From an uncultured Gammaproteobacteria bacterium (GTDB lineage Bacteria; Patescibacteriota; Patescibacteriia; UBA11705; JABHMO01), in assembly GCA_964565345.1 (NCBI GenBank), contig CAZMEQ010000004.1, forward strand, positions 2,873-66,872: 64,000 nt of DNA, written 5' to 3'. Shown piece by piece: positions 7,790 to 17,809 of this stretch (its first letter is position 1; each line of letters starts with the position of its first letter). Below the pieces are notes generated by a model. That model did not search any database, was not told where the DNA came from, and saw nothing but the letters and a program-made list of their open reading frames with translations. The position numbers and the translations under genes were made by a program.

Positions 7790-9136
7790 ATGGATAAATT
7801 CGATGTCATAATTGTCGGGGCAGGTCCTGCTGGCATTTTTGCGGCCTATGAGCTTATTCGAAATCGCCCCTCTTTAAACATTTGTATTTTAGAAATTGGT
7901 AATTTAATCCGTAATCGTGGCCGGCAAGAAGTGATGTCTGGGGTAGGAGGAGCTGGAACTTTTTCTGATGGGAAGTTACATTACACTCCGGTTTTGAGTC
8001 ACGAAAAAATGTTCCACCTGTACCAAGCAGAAGAATACCAAAAATATTTGGATGAAGTTGAGCTAATTTTTGCTCAGTTTGGAGTTAGGGCTGAATATTA
8101 TCCACGGAATCTTGAAGAAGCGAAAAACCTAGCTGATAATGCCAAGAAGAAAGGCATTAAATTATTTATCCGCAAAGCACAGCATGTGGGCTCGGATAAA
8201 TTGCCGGAAGTTATAAAAAACTTTGAGGATTATTTACTCGCTCGTAATGTAAAGATTAAAGATAAAACAGAAGTTACTGATTTACTGATCGAGGCTGGCC
8301 AGGTTCAGGGTGTACGGTTAAGCACGGGCGAAAGTTTATTAGCGAATAAGATTATTGTGGCGCCTGGTCGTATTAGAGCCCAGTGGCTACAACAAATTTC
8401 GGAAAAACTTAATCTTTCGTATACTTATGAGAAGGTTGAAGTGGGCGTTAGAGTTGAGTTCTCCGAGGCCGTTTTAAAGAAACACGCTGAATTGATGTAT
8501 GAAACAGTTTTTATGATGCGGACTCCAACCTTTGATGATGTGGTTAGAACGTTTTGTCCTTGTCCTAAGGGTCATGTCGCGGCAGAACATTATGATGATT
8601 TTGTTTGTGTAAATGGTCATTCAAATTCAAACCATAATTCTGAAAATTCTAATTTTGCATTTGTCTCAGAGGTTACTTTGACCGAGCCAGTGGAAAATAC
8701 TATCGCCTATGCTAAGTCTATCGCTAAATTAGCTTCAACTATAGGTGGAGGAAAACCGATTTTGCAACGATTAACTGATTTGCAAAAAGGTAGACGCAGT
8801 ACCTGGGAACGCATTAATAAAAGCTTTGTCTTGCCCTCTTTGCGTGATGTAACCCCAGGGGATATTTCAATGGCATTACCGCATCGAATAGTTCGTAATA
8901 TAATGGAAGGGTTAGAGATGTTAGATCAAGTGTTACCAGGGATTAACTCTGGACATACACTACTCTACGCACCAGAAATTAAATTGCGTTCGTCAAAAAT
9001 TCAAACAGATAAATATTTGCAAACTGAAATAAAAGGACTTTATGTGGCTGGTGATGGGGCTGGTGTCTCTGGCAATATCACTGGGGCTGCAGCAACAGGT
9101 ATAATTGCAGCACAAGGTGTTTTAAATAACTTTTAA
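7790..9136 (+). CDS. NAD(P)/FAD-dependent oxidoreductase (COG2509-like)
   Basis: N-terminal VIIVGAGPAGIFAA dinucleotide-binding motif. 448 aa. Confidence 0.6.
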   Translation: MDKFDVIIVGAGPAGIFAAYELIRNRPSLNICILEIGNLIRNRGRQEVMSGVGGAGTFSDGKLHYTPVLSHEKMFHLYQAEEYQKYLDEVELIFAQFGVRAEYYPRNLEEAKNLADNAKKKGIKLFIRKAQHVGSDKLPEVIKNFEDYLLARNVKIKDKTEVTDLLIEAGQVQGVRLSTGESLLANKIIVAPGRIRAQWLQQISEKLNLSYTYEKVEVGVRVEFSEAVLKKHAELMYETVFMMRTPTFDDVVRTFCPCPKGHVAAEHYDDFVCVNGHSNSNHNSENSNFAFVSEVTLTEPVENTIAYAKSIAKLASTIGGGKPILQRLTDLQKGRRSTWERINKSFVLPSLRDVTPGDISMALPHRIVRNIMEGLEMLDQVLPGINSGHTLLYAPEIKLRSSKIQTDKYLQTEIKGLYVAGDGAGVSGNITGAAATGIIAAQGVLNNF

Positions 9137-9137
9137 C

Positions 9138-9809
9138 ATGGACTTTGGTATTGAATTAGCCAGTAGAAAAAAGCAAAGAACAAAGCTGCCACAAATTATT
9201 AATGTTTTGTTGATGGGCAGTGCTTTGTTATGTTTGTTTTTTTTGTTTATTGCGTGGAGAGTCCAAGAAAAATATGCGGAACAGATAGTCCCAGTCGAAG
9301 AAATTACGGGGCCTAATATTGCGCTTGTCTTTGGGGCGGGGTTAAAAAAATCAGGCGCTCCGAGTCATATATTGGAAGATAGAGTTTTAACAGCTATAAA
9401 ACTTTATCAAGATGGTCGAGTTGGTAAAATTATAATGAGTGGAGCAAACCCCGTTGTTGATTACAATGAAGTTCAAGCTATGAAAGACTTTGCTTTGTCC
9501 GAAGGCTTACCGGATGACGCTATAATTTTAGATTATGCGGGGCGCAGAACTTATGACAGTTGTTATCGTTTAAAAGAAATTTTTTCTCTTAATAAAATTA
9601 TTTTAGTAACGCAGGCTTATCATTTACCTCGAGCTTTGTATTTGTGTGAATCTTTAGGCGTATCAGCTCGTGGTATTTCGGCCATAGATCGTGGTTACTT
9701 TTACCAATGGAAATATAATTTACGGGAATGGCCAGCAAGTTTTAAGGCTTGGTTAGATATTAATTTTTTGAAACCAAAACCAATTTTGGGTGAAAAAATA
9801 GAATTATAA
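9138..9809 (+). CDS. ElyC/SanA/YdcF (DUF218) family membrane protein
   Basis: N-terminal transmembrane segment followed by a DUF218-like core (ALVFGAG...IIMSGANP...ILVTQAYHLPRA). Confidence 0.6.
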   Translation: MDFGIELASRKKQRTKLPQIINVLLMGSALLCLFFLFIAWRVQEKYAEQIVPVEEITGPNIALVFGAGLKKSGAPSHILEDRVLTAIKLYQDGRVGKIIMSGANPVVDYNEVQAMKDFALSEGLPDDAIILDYAGRRTYDSCYRLKEIFSLNKIILVTQAYHLPRALYLCESLGVSARGISAIDRGYFYQWKYNLREWPASFKAWLDINFLKPKPILGEKIEL

Positions 9810-9912
9810 GTGCGACGCCTAAGAGTCTATTAGTAAAAAAGATTCTTTTTTGATTCTTGAAAATAAATAGTTTTTCTAATATAATAAAATGTCGTTTGTG
9901 AAGGAGGACAGA

Positions 9913-10488
9913 ATGCGACCCAAAAACATTCTGATAACTGGTATTGGACTAAGCGGCAAGAGTACCTTGCGCCGCCAACTCGTGGACTTTCTGACAAATC
10001 TGGGGGTCAATTTCGTACAGCATGACGCTGATGGTTTCGCGGAAGTGCGCGACATCCGAGATGCGCGCAATGTCCTGTCGGCCGATGAGATCCAGCTTGC
10101 ACTGACACGACGCGAGACAGTGGTCCTGGTCGAAGATGTTCACGGCGCTGAGCTCGAGGGAAACTTGCGGCCTTTGGTGGCCTACGACCTGGTCTTGTAC
10201 GTTGAGCCTACGCGCTGGGCGTACTTCTTCTTCTGGCTGAGTCGAGCTTGGCAGTGGTTCCGGCGTGGACACTATGCGTGGGATCGTGAGGCCGGCTGGT
10301 CTGGCTCGGGTAAGCCATACCAACTCCGAAACCTGCTTCACATCGGTTATCACATGATTCGAGCGCTCTGGCATCGCAAACGCTGGGTGGCCCAGGATCA
10401 CTGGGTCATGAGGAATTCTGGCTGTATGGTCTGGGTTCTGCGTTCCTACTGGACGCGGCGCGGCCCTGGGTTTCTGTTCAAGTTCTAG
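9913..10488 (+). CDS. P-loop NTPase/kinase-like protein, GC-rich (likely foreign)
   Basis: GIGLSGKST is a Walker A motif. A GAAGGAGG ribosome-binding site precedes the ATG at 9913. The track start at 9889 lies upstream of that site. About 60% GC. The C-terminus is Trp/Arg-rich. Confidence 0.45.
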   Translation: MRPKNILITGIGLSGKSTLRRQLVDFLTNLGVNFVQHDADGFAEVRDIRDARNVLSADEIQLALTRRETVVLVEDVHGAELEGNLRPLVAYDLVLYVEPTRWAYFFFWLSRAWQWFRRGHYAWDREAGWSGSGKPYQLRNLLHIGYHMIRALWHRKRWVAQDHWVMRNSGCMVWVLRSYWTRRGPGFLFKF

Positions 10489-10630
10489 CTCCCAATGTCG
10501 TTGGCTGCACCGGCTGACGACTTTTTTATTTAAAATTAGAATAAAAGCCGTTTTCGATGTAACACTTTTAGTCCTTGGACCGTCTTATATAATAGAGTCC
10601 CACGTACTATTAAGGTACGGGGCAATTAAT

Positions 10631-10768
10631 ATGAATAAAAATTGGCACAATTATCCTTGTGTTGAAAAGACTGACTTACGTTCAGGCTGGATTTTTGGTA
10701 TGTACCAAAAAGCTAGCGGAGCGAAAGCTGATCTGTTTGTACGGATAATTGTGTTTAATAAGAATTAA
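10631..10768 (+). CDS. small hypothetical ORF (45 aa)
   Basis: ATG start with a 10-bp perfect hairpin terminator downstream (10790-10825). Weak evidence. Confidence 0.2.
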   Translation: MNKNWHNYPCVEKTDLRSGWIFGMYQKASGAKADLFVRIIVFNKN

Positions 10769-10866
10769 AAAAATTTCTTCTATACAATTACGCGTCCAGT
10801 CAGATCGGCTGGACGCGTTTGTTTGCTTCTGGCTGTGATCATTACAACCCACACGGGAGGGTTCCC

Positions 10867-12054
10867 ATGTCCGAAAAGATCGAGCGGAACTTTGTCATCT
10901 TCAAGATTCTCTTTCAGTTTTTCTTCGCCTTGTCATTTCCCATGTACGTGCTCTTTCTGAAAGACGGTGGAATGAACCCCAATCAGATTGGACTCGTCAA
11001 CACCCTGTTCATGGTTGCGGTCTGCTTGTTTGAAGTGCCCACTGGCATTGTTGGTGATCGGTTTGGTCGTAAGAAATCGATCATCATCGGTTTGGGTGTA
11101 AGTAGCTTGGGCTTTATGTGGTACTTTGCCAGTACCAGTTTCTGGATGTACGTTGCGGCGGAGGTCATCCTGGCTCTGGGCATGAGTTTCATATCGGGTT
11201 CGCTCCAAGCTTGGCTTAAGGACACGCTGCACTACCATAACGGCAAGAAAAGTTTCGGCGTTGTTTGGAGTAATGGCTCTAAGTTCGCTCACTTGGCTGG
11301 AATCTTGGGTGGGTCAACCGGAGCCCTACTGGGAAGTTACTGCATCTCTTGTCCATGGCTCTTGGCCAGTTTGGGGACACTGTTCCTGACTGTTCTCTCG
11401 TGCTTTATCGTGGACGAAAGCTACTTTAAGCACACAAACCTGAGCTGGAAAGAGGGCGCCAAGGAGTTTTCTCGTCTTTTTAAAACAGCGACTTCTTTGG
11501 CTTACCGGCAAAAGAAGATTCGTTATTTCTTTGCCATCACTTGCCTGACAACCTTTGCATTGCAACCGCTAAACCAACAGTGGTCCTTGTTTTTTGAGGC
11601 AACCTTTGACCTGAAGTCCATCATGTTCGTATGGATGGGGATGTCTTTGGCTCTGTTTGTCGGTTCGCACACAGCGAGTCGACTCTTGAAAAAAGAAAAG
11701 AATCAGGAATTGGCCTACCTCCTGATGGCCTTGCTCATCAAGAGCAGTTGCATTATTGTCATGTCGCAACAAACAAGCTCAATTCTTGTTCTGTTGCTGT
11801 TCTTGGGACACGAGCTACCTCGTGGCTCTTGGGAGCCCCTAGCTGAATCCTACTTGCAGAAACAAGTTCCGGATGAAGTCCGTGCCACCATGGGGTCTCT
11901 CTCGTCGCTGGTGAATAAGCTCGGGGCTGGCGCGGGATGGCTCCTGGCTGGGTTTATGCTAGAACACTGGCACATCCTCGATTGTTGGCTTGTTGGTGGG
12001 CTCGCACTCTTGCTCACCATCCCATTCTTCTACCTGCTGCTCCGAGAAAGTTAA
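10867..12054 (+). CDS. MFS transporter, GC-rich
   Basis: Multiple predicted transmembrane helices. Contains the MFS-like GDRFGRKK motif. A GGGAGG ribosome-binding site precedes the ATG at 10867. The track start at 10819 is upstream of that site. Confidence 0.6.
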   Translation: MSEKIERNFVIFKILFQFFFALSFPMYVLFLKDGGMNPNQIGLVNTLFMVAVCLFEVPTGIVGDRFGRKKSIIIGLGVSSLGFMWYFASTSFWMYVAAEVILALGMSFISGSLQAWLKDTLHYHNGKKSFGVVWSNGSKFAHLAGILGGSTGALLGSYCISCPWLLASLGTLFLTVLSCFIVDESYFKHTNLSWKEGAKEFSRLFKTATSLAYRQKKIRYFFAITCLTTFALQPLNQQWSLFFEATFDLKSIMFVWMGMSLALFVGSHTASRLLKKEKNQELAYLLMALLIKSSCIIVMSQQTSSILVLLLFLGHELPRGSWEPLAESYLQKQVPDEVRATMGSLSSLVNKLGAGAGWLLAGFMLEHWHILDCWLVGGLALLLTIPFFYLLLRES

Positions 12055-12056
12055 CA

Positions 12057-12092
12057 AACGCCGCTTGATCACATGGATCAGGCGGCGTTTAT
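12057..12092. terminator. bidirectional hairpin terminator AACGCCGC...GCGGCGTT
   Basis: 8-bp GC stem between convergent genes. Confidence 0.6.
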
Positions 12093-13004
12093 AATAGATT
12101 CAATTTTTTCTTTTTTCTTTTCCAGTAAAGAAAGCAAATAATTTAGCGAATGGAGAGAATAATTTTTGGCTTCTTTATCTTTGTTATAAAGAAATTTAAT
12201 ATAAAAGGATAGGGCTCTTTCAATGACAGCAAACTTAATAGCAGGATATAGATATTTTTTTTCTTGTTGACTTAATTTTCTTTCTTTTTGGTAGTTATCA
12301 AGAATGCGTTTTAATTTTTTATTGCACCAGGCTTTCCAGTTGGTATGAAAACACCAGCCGCGGAGGACCTGCCCTAAATCATAGATGAGTGGGGCATAAT
12401 AACTGCGTTCAAAATCAATCAGCCCAGAAATTTTTCCGTCTAGCCACAGGACATGTCGCTTGCCTAAGTCTTCATGAATCATCCCTCTGGGCAAGTTGTT
12501 GGGAATTATAATAGTACTAAGCTCTTTTTGTATTTGTTGTAAAATTTTATCTTTGGGAAATTTAGTTTTCAGTTCAGTTAAATGTCTCTCAGTTGTTTTT
12601 AGATCCCACTTATGGAGAATTTTATTTTTTGTTTGATAGTTTTGGATACTTTTATGGAATCGTCCAAAGACCATGGAGAATTCGGCTACTTCAAATGGAT
12701 TGGGAGTGGCTTTAGATCGTCCGTCGATATGTTTTTTTATTAAAATGTTAGAGGCGCCAAACTTCAGTATAGAAATAATTGGTGCAACTGGAATTTTCTT
12801 TTTGATCAAGAATTCGGATAATTCTTTTTGGGCAGCTAATTCTTTGAGCGATCTAAAACGAGGCCCTTTGTTGTAAAGAGTAAAAACATAGTTATCTCTA
12901 TTTGTTTTAATTAAATAATTACGATCAGAATTTTTTTCGAGTAAGCTAAAAGAAAGAAGAGTACCTAATTTTTGTAATGATGTGATTTTGGGTATGTTTA
13001 TCAT
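12078..13004 (-). CDS. phosphotransferase-family kinase (APH/choline-kinase-like)
   Basis: HEDLGKRHVLW (catalytic-loop HxDxxxxN-like) and IDFERSYYAPLIYDLG (DFG-like) motifs. Confidence 0.6.
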   Translation of the reverse strand: MINIPKITSLQKLGTLLSFSLLEKNSDRNYLIKTNRDNYVFTLYNKGPRFRSLKELAAQKELSEFLIKKKIPVAPIISILKFGASNILIKKHIDGRSKATPNPFEVAEFSMVFGRFHKSIQNYQTKNKILHKWDLKTTERHLTELKTKFPKDKILQQIQKELSTIIIPNNLPRGMIHEDLGKRHVLWLDGKISGLIDFERSYYAPLIYDLGQVLRGWCFHTNWKAWCNKKLKRILDNYQKERKLSQQEKKYLYPAIKFAVIERALSFYIKFLYNKDKEAKNYSLHSLNYLLSLLEKKKEKIESIINAA

Positions 13005-13105
13005 GATTTAAGTGTAGCAAATTTATATTAGTAGAGAAGGGGGCATGCAAAAAATTTATAAAAAAATATCGACGCCTCAGCTGTGGCCGAAGCGTCGAAG
13101 TTGGG

Positions 13106-14209
13106 TCAGGCAATTCTTGCCTCCGTCGGGGTGAGATTGAGTTCGCCCTGTCCCAGGGGGGTGAGGTGTCGCGTGAGATTCGTTGCGACCAGGCGTCTCA
13201 AGTCACTCAGTGTCAGGTTCAACCGCGTGCCGGTAGGTTCGCGGAAGTAGATCAAGAAGCCTTTCTGGTGGTAGAACACGTCGGCTTGGGGCTCTGCTTG
13301 GCGCAGGGCCTGGGCCAACTTTTCCATCCCGGCCACGTACTTGGTTTTACGCGACAGGATGGCCACCGTGAAGCGACCACGGAGTTCCGGCCTTCCGGTA
13401 TTTTCCGCCACCATGATGTCAACGTCCGAGTGACGTCGGTCGTTCATGATGTCGCGCAGGTCGCTCGGAGCGAAGGGGTGCGCAGGCACAAAGGCGATCC
13501 GCAATCCACCAACTTCCTGCACCTCGATCGTGGGCTCCACCGCTTGTGCGAAGGTGGTTTCACGTTCGTAGTAATTACGCGCTTCCTGGGCGTAGCACTG
13601 GAGTGCGTTGACCAGGCAAACCATGTGCAACAAGTCCGGAGTCCCACTCGGCTTGTTCTTGACCAAGGTCATGAACCAGGTCGGGCCTGGCAAGTTGGGT
13701 ACGAATCGGCCTACCGGGCCGTGCTCTTCGTAGAGCATCTCGTTCAAGGTGCCGATGGTTTCGTACACCTCTTCTTCCAGGTCACCGACTTCGTGGCCGG
13801 AGTCGATCCGGTTGACGAACTCGACGAGTCGCTTCAAGTACTTGGGCGGGTTAAATCCTTCGCCCACGAACAGGAGCTCAAAAATGATCTCCGAGGCACT
13901 GTGGAATTCGCAGTCCACATAGTGGTGGTCGAAGATCAGGTTGTCGAGGTCCAGCCGGCCACCGGTGTCGATGTGCACGACCACGTCGCGTCCGTGGAAC
14001 GATTTGTACGAGTCGGGGTCCAAGAGCTGCCCCGGAGGGACGAAATGCCAGTGGATCCGGTTTTCATACAAGTTGAACCCGGATTTCTTGAGGATCATGA
14101 GGGCGCCGACGGCACCGTCCTGGTCCGGGTCCTGGTGTGTCACGATGTGCAAGTTGTGGGCATCGCGCAGACGGCGAATCACCGCCCTTTTCTGTTCGGG
14201 GGAAAACAT
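13106..14209 (-). CDS. DHH-family phosphoesterase, GC-rich
   Basis: Motifs HQDPDQDGAVGA, VVHIDTGG and IFDHHY match the DHH family. The overlapping plus-strand ORF 13166..14215 is an antisense artefact. Confidence 0.6.
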   Translation of the reverse strand: MFSPEQKRAVIRRLRDAHNLHIVTHQDPDQDGAVGALMILKKSGFNLYENRIHWHFVPPGQLLDPDSYKSFHGRDVVVHIDTGGRLDLDNLIFDHHYVDCEFHSASEIIFELLFVGEGFNPPKYLKRLVEFVNRIDSGHEVGDLEEEVYETIGTLNEMLYEEHGPVGRFVPNLPGPTWFMTLVKNKPSGTPDLLHMVCLVNALQCYAQEARNYYERETTFAQAVEPTIEVQEVGGLRIAFVPAHPFAPSDLRDIMNDRRHSDVDIMVAENTGRPELRGRFTVAILSRKTKYVAGMEKLAQALRQAEPQADVFYHQKGFLIYFREPTGTRLNLTLSDLRRLVATNLTRHLTPLGQGELNLTPTEARIA

Positions 14210-14330
14210 GGGTAACCTCCTTGAATGTGACCTGCTATCATAATATAAATGGGGCGTTTTGTCAAGATAAAAGTTGTCTAATTTTAGATAAAATTGAATA
14301 AAAGCTAATTTTCTGCTAAATTTAGTCTAT

Positions 14331-15545
14331 ATGAAGAAAGTAGAACTTTTGGCCCCAGCTGGAAATCTTAAAAAATTGAAGTACGCCTTGGCCTTTGGCG
14401 CGGATGCGGTCTATTGTGGTCTGCCTGATTTTTCTTTGCGTGTGCGTATTAACCAGTTTAACTTGAAGACTCTAAAAGAAGGAATTGCGTTGGCACAGGG
14501 CCAAGGGAAAAAGGTTTATGTTACAACTAATATCTTTGCGCACAATAAGCATTTAAAAAAATTAGAACCTCATTTGAAACAGTTAAAAAAATTACAGCCA
14601 GACGCTCTTATTGTCTCTGATCCTGGGGTAATACAACTTGTTAAAAAAATTTGGCCTAAGTGCGAAATTCATCTTTCTACCCAAGCCAATTGCACTAACT
14701 GGCAAGCCGCAAAATTTTGGTATGATCAAGGAGTCAAAAGAATTATTTTGGGCCGAGAAGTTACCTTAAAGGAAATTAAAGAAATTCATCAGAAAGTTCC
14801 TAAAGTTCAATTAGAAGTTTTTGTTCATGGGGCCATGTGCATGTCTTATTCTGGTCGATGTTTACTTTCAAAATATTATACTAATAGAAGTGCTAATTTG
14901 GGTGACTGCACACAACCTTGTCGTTGGCAGTTTCGACATTTTATTGGCGAGGTAACGCGTCCTGATGATTTGTTAGAAGTTGAAGAAGATGACCGCGGAA
15001 CCTATATTATGAATTCACGCGATTTATGTTTGATTGAATATTTAGATCAATTGAAGAAAGCTGGTGTGATGTCGTTTAAGATTGAAGGCCGGGCTAAAAG
15101 TATTTATTATTTAGCCAATACAGTTAAGGTTTATCGCGAGGTTATGAATAAGAAAGAAAGAATTAAGAATTTTGAACCATATCTAAAAGAATTAAAGAAA
15201 ACACAAAACCGAGGCTTCACCAAAGGCTTTATTTTTGGTGCAGAACAAGTTGAGCAAGAGGTTAATAAAAGCCACGAAGATTGTCCTTGGGAGTTTTGTG
15301 GAGAAATTGTGGGCTGGGAAAAGGGTCTGGCCAAGATTATGGTTCATAATCAATTGAAAGTAGGCGATAAAGTGGAACTGATTACTCCGAAAGGCGAAAA
15401 CATTGATTTGAAAATTAGCCAGCTGGAAGATAAAAATCATCGCACAATAGAAGAAGCGCATGGGGGACAAGAGACGATCATTTATATCCACAGCAAGAAG
15501 GAAATTCCTGTCTACACTCTGATTAGACGTAGGTTGTCCAAGTAG
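14331..15545 (+). CDS. U32 family peptidase (YhbU/TrhP-like)
   Basis: N-terminal ELLAPAGNLKKLKYALAFGADAVYCG is typical of U32. 404 aa. Confidence 0.75.
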   Translation: MKKVELLAPAGNLKKLKYALAFGADAVYCGLPDFSLRVRINQFNLKTLKEGIALAQGQGKKVYVTTNIFAHNKHLKKLEPHLKQLKKLQPDALIVSDPGVIQLVKKIWPKCEIHLSTQANCTNWQAAKFWYDQGVKRIILGREVTLKEIKEIHQKVPKVQLEVFVHGAMCMSYSGRCLLSKYYTNRSANLGDCTQPCRWQFRHFIGEVTRPDDLLEVEEDDRGTYIMNSRDLCLIEYLDQLKKAGVMSFKIEGRAKSIYYLANTVKVYREVMNKKERIKNFEPYLKELKKTQNRGFTKGFIFGAEQVEQEVNKSHEDCPWEFCGEIVGWEKGLAKIMVHNQLKVGDKVELITPKGENIDLKISQLEDKNHRTIEEAHGGQETIIYIHSKKEIPVYTLIRRRLSK

Positions 15546-15570
15546 GTGCAATGATGTAAAATTATAATAT

Positions 15571-16152
15571 ATGATAGCGAGTATTAAAGGAATTCTTAAG
15601 TTTAAGCGAGAGAATTTTTTGATTCTTGAAAATAACGGCATAGGCTATAAAGTTTTTGTGCCAGAGAATATACTTTTGAGCAAAAACGTTGGTGATGAAT
15701 TAGAGCTTTATACTTATCATCATGTGCGCGAGGATATAATGCAACTTTTTGGTTTTACTAGTCTGGAAGAGTTAGAGTTATTTGAAAAATTAATTTCTGT
15801 ATCCGGTGTTGGGCCTAAAACTGGCATGAATGTCTTTGGGGTGGCTAGCGTTAAGGATATTAAATCAGCTATAGTTAACGAGAATCCGAATATATTAAAA
15901 AAGGTTTCTGGGATAGGAGCAAAAACAGCCGAAAGAATTGTCTTGGAATTAAAAAATAAGATCGGAGCCTTGGTTGGCCATGACGGGATTAAGACTGAAG
16001 AAGAAATGACCACTGATTCAGATGTTATTGATGCCTTGGTTTCCTTGGGCTATCAAGCCAGACAAGCGCAAGAAGCATTAAAAAAAATTGATCAGAATAT
16101 AAAAGAATCTGGAGCAAAAGTAAAAGCTGTGCTTAAGATTTTAACTAAATAG
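15571..16152 (+). CDS. ruvA: Holliday junction branch migration protein RuvA
   Basis: MIASIKG...SVSGVGPKTG...VSGIGAKTAERI helix-hairpin-helix motifs. 193 aa. Confidence 0.85.
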   Translation: MIASIKGILKFKRENFLILENNGIGYKVFVPENILLSKNVGDELELYTYHHVREDIMQLFGFTSLEELELFEKLISVSGVGPKTGMNVFGVASVKDIKSAIVNENPNILKKVSGIGAKTAERIVLELKNKIGALVGHDGIKTEEEMTTDSDVIDALVSLGYQARQAQEALKKIDQNIKESGAKVKAVLKILTK

Positions 16153-16249
16153 TAGATTAATCTAAGCGCCAGTCATTTGCAGATGCCGGATCCCCCGCAT
16201 TAAATGCGGGGCCGGTATGACAGTGCTGGCGTAATTTGCCTAAGAAACT

Positions 16250-17260
16250 ATGATTTTACGTGAAGCAACAATTAATGATAAAGAAAACTGGGACCGTTTT
16301 GTCGAAACAACCGAAGGCGGTTCCTTTGTTCAATCTTGGGCTTGGAGCGAGTTCATGTCTACGCAAAAAGAAAAGGTCTGGCGTTATTTGATTGAATCAG
16401 ATGACAAGATTGTGGCCGTTATGTTTTTATTTCTTTCAAGACTCAAATTGAAGCAAACTTTATTATATTCACCTAAGGGTCCAATTATTAGCACAGAAAT
16501 TGAGCGCGCCAAAGCGTGGGATTTATTCATGACCACAGTGGACCAAATTGCCGACGAAGAAAAAGCCTTAACTTTCCAATTAGACCCAGAAACTAGCGAT
16601 GTAACTTGGTGTCAATTGTTCGATCAGGCTGGATTGGTTAAGTCTAAGATTGATATACAACCTCGCCACACTTTAATTTTGGATATTCGTAAGTCAGAGG
16701 AAGATTTATTAAAACAAATGCACCAAAAAACGCGTTATAATATAAATTTGGCACATAAAAAAATGATTAAGGTGCGAGTTGACAATAAAGACGATAAAAA
16801 TTTAATTGAACTTTTAAAGAAAACAGAAGAGCGTCAGCGCATTCAACTTTTTGGTGCAGACTATTTTAAAAAATTATTACAATGCCCTTTAGTTAAATTG
16901 TATTTGGCTGACTATGCTGGTAAAACGATCGCGGCTAATGTTATGATTTTTTGGAATCATACTGCTACTTATTTGTTTGGAGCTTCGGATTATGAAGCTC
17001 GTGCTCTTATGGCGCCCTATCTTTTGCAGTGGCAGGCTATGAAGGATGCAAAAGATTCTGGTATGTGGTTTTATGATTTTTGGGGCGCAGCACCAGAAAA
17101 CGCCAAGGGACAAGAAATGAGTTGGGCTGGATTTACTAGATTCAAAAAAGGTTTTTCGCCAAATGCTGAAATTACAGAATTTTTAGGCGCCTACGAAAAA
17201 AATTATCAACCAGTGAAATTGGGCTTGTATCGATTTTTGCGCAAAATATATAAACGTTAA
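16250..17260 (+). CDS. FemAB-family peptidoglycan peptide-bridge aminoacyltransferase
   Basis: 336 aa. The FemABX-type GNAT-fold region GASDYEARALMAPYLLQWQAMKDAKDSGMWFYDFWG is present. Confidence 0.65.
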   Translation: MILREATINDKENWDRFVETTEGGSFVQSWAWSEFMSTQKEKVWRYLIESDDKIVAVMFLFLSRLKLKQTLLYSPKGPIISTEIERAKAWDLFMTTVDQIADEEKALTFQLDPETSDVTWCQLFDQAGLVKSKIDIQPRHTLILDIRKSEEDLLKQMHQKTRYNINLAHKKMIKVRVDNKDDKNLIELLKKTEERQRIQLFGADYFKKLLQCPLVKLYLADYAGKTIAANVMIFWNHTATYLFGASDYEARALMAPYLLQWQAMKDAKDSGMWFYDFWGAAPENAKGQEMSWAGFTRFKKGFSPNAEITEFLGAYEKNYQPVKLGLYRFLRKIYKR

Positions 17261-17439
17261 ATATGAAAAACTATTCGCGTCGAACTAATAAAAAAGTGAC
17301 GCGTTTTCGAACAGCTAGTGTCTTCAAGGCTTCGCATAGTGAAGAGAATAAACGGGTCAACGCGCATCTTAAAACAGCTCCCAGGTAGGGAGCTGTTGTC
17401 ATTTGATTTGCGAATCGACAACGGCGATGAAGCAAACCG

Positions 17440-17769
17440 CTAGCCAAATTCATAAATATCATGTTCATACCAATCGTATGAAAGATCTTCCCATTTGGGG
17501 TCGGTAGCTTCAATTAAGTTTATTTTCTTTTTTCTTGAACCAGCCTTGATTTGTTTCTCTCTGGAATTTGCAGCATCAATACGTTGGTATATTTCGAAAT
17601 AGACTAACTTATCAAGGTTGTACCGTGATGAGAAAGACTTTGTGAAATATTTGTTTTTATGTTGCCAGACCCTTCTATAGAGATCAATTGTTACTCCGGT
17701 ACATAACGCCTGGTTTTTCTTGTTAGTCATAATGTAGACAGCGCAATTGGATTTATCCATATCTAACAT
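17440..17769 (-). CDS. GIY-YIG nuclease family protein (second copy)
   Basis: VYIMTNKKNQALCTGVTIDLYRRVWQHK matches the GIY-YIG core. Inverted repeats flank it at 17408-17444 and 17810-17854. Confidence 0.7.
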   Translation of the reverse strand: MLDMDKSNCAVYIMTNKKNQALCTGVTIDLYRRVWQHKNKYFTKSFSSRYNLDKLVYFEIYQRIDAANSREKQIKAGSRKKKINLIEATDPKWEDLSYDWYEHDIYEFG

Positions 17770-17809
17770 TAAAGAACAACGGTAAGATTTTGGTAATTTT
17801 AGGTGTGGG

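Noticed and set aside
13166-14215. 349-aa plus-strand ORF antisense to the DHH gene. The same pattern appears at 29755..30414(+), 26382..27089(-), 9949..10401(-), 27056..27543 and 28417..28874.
   Set aside because: These are long antisense frames opened by high GC. The opposite strand carries recognisable catalytic motifs (DHH, HxHxDH, GGDGT, signal peptide) and ribosome-binding sites.
17271-17513. 80-aa minus-strand ORF between the FemAB and GIY-YIG genes.
   Set aside because: It lies over terminator hairpins and the left inverted repeat of the GIY-YIG cassette. It has no ribosome-binding site.
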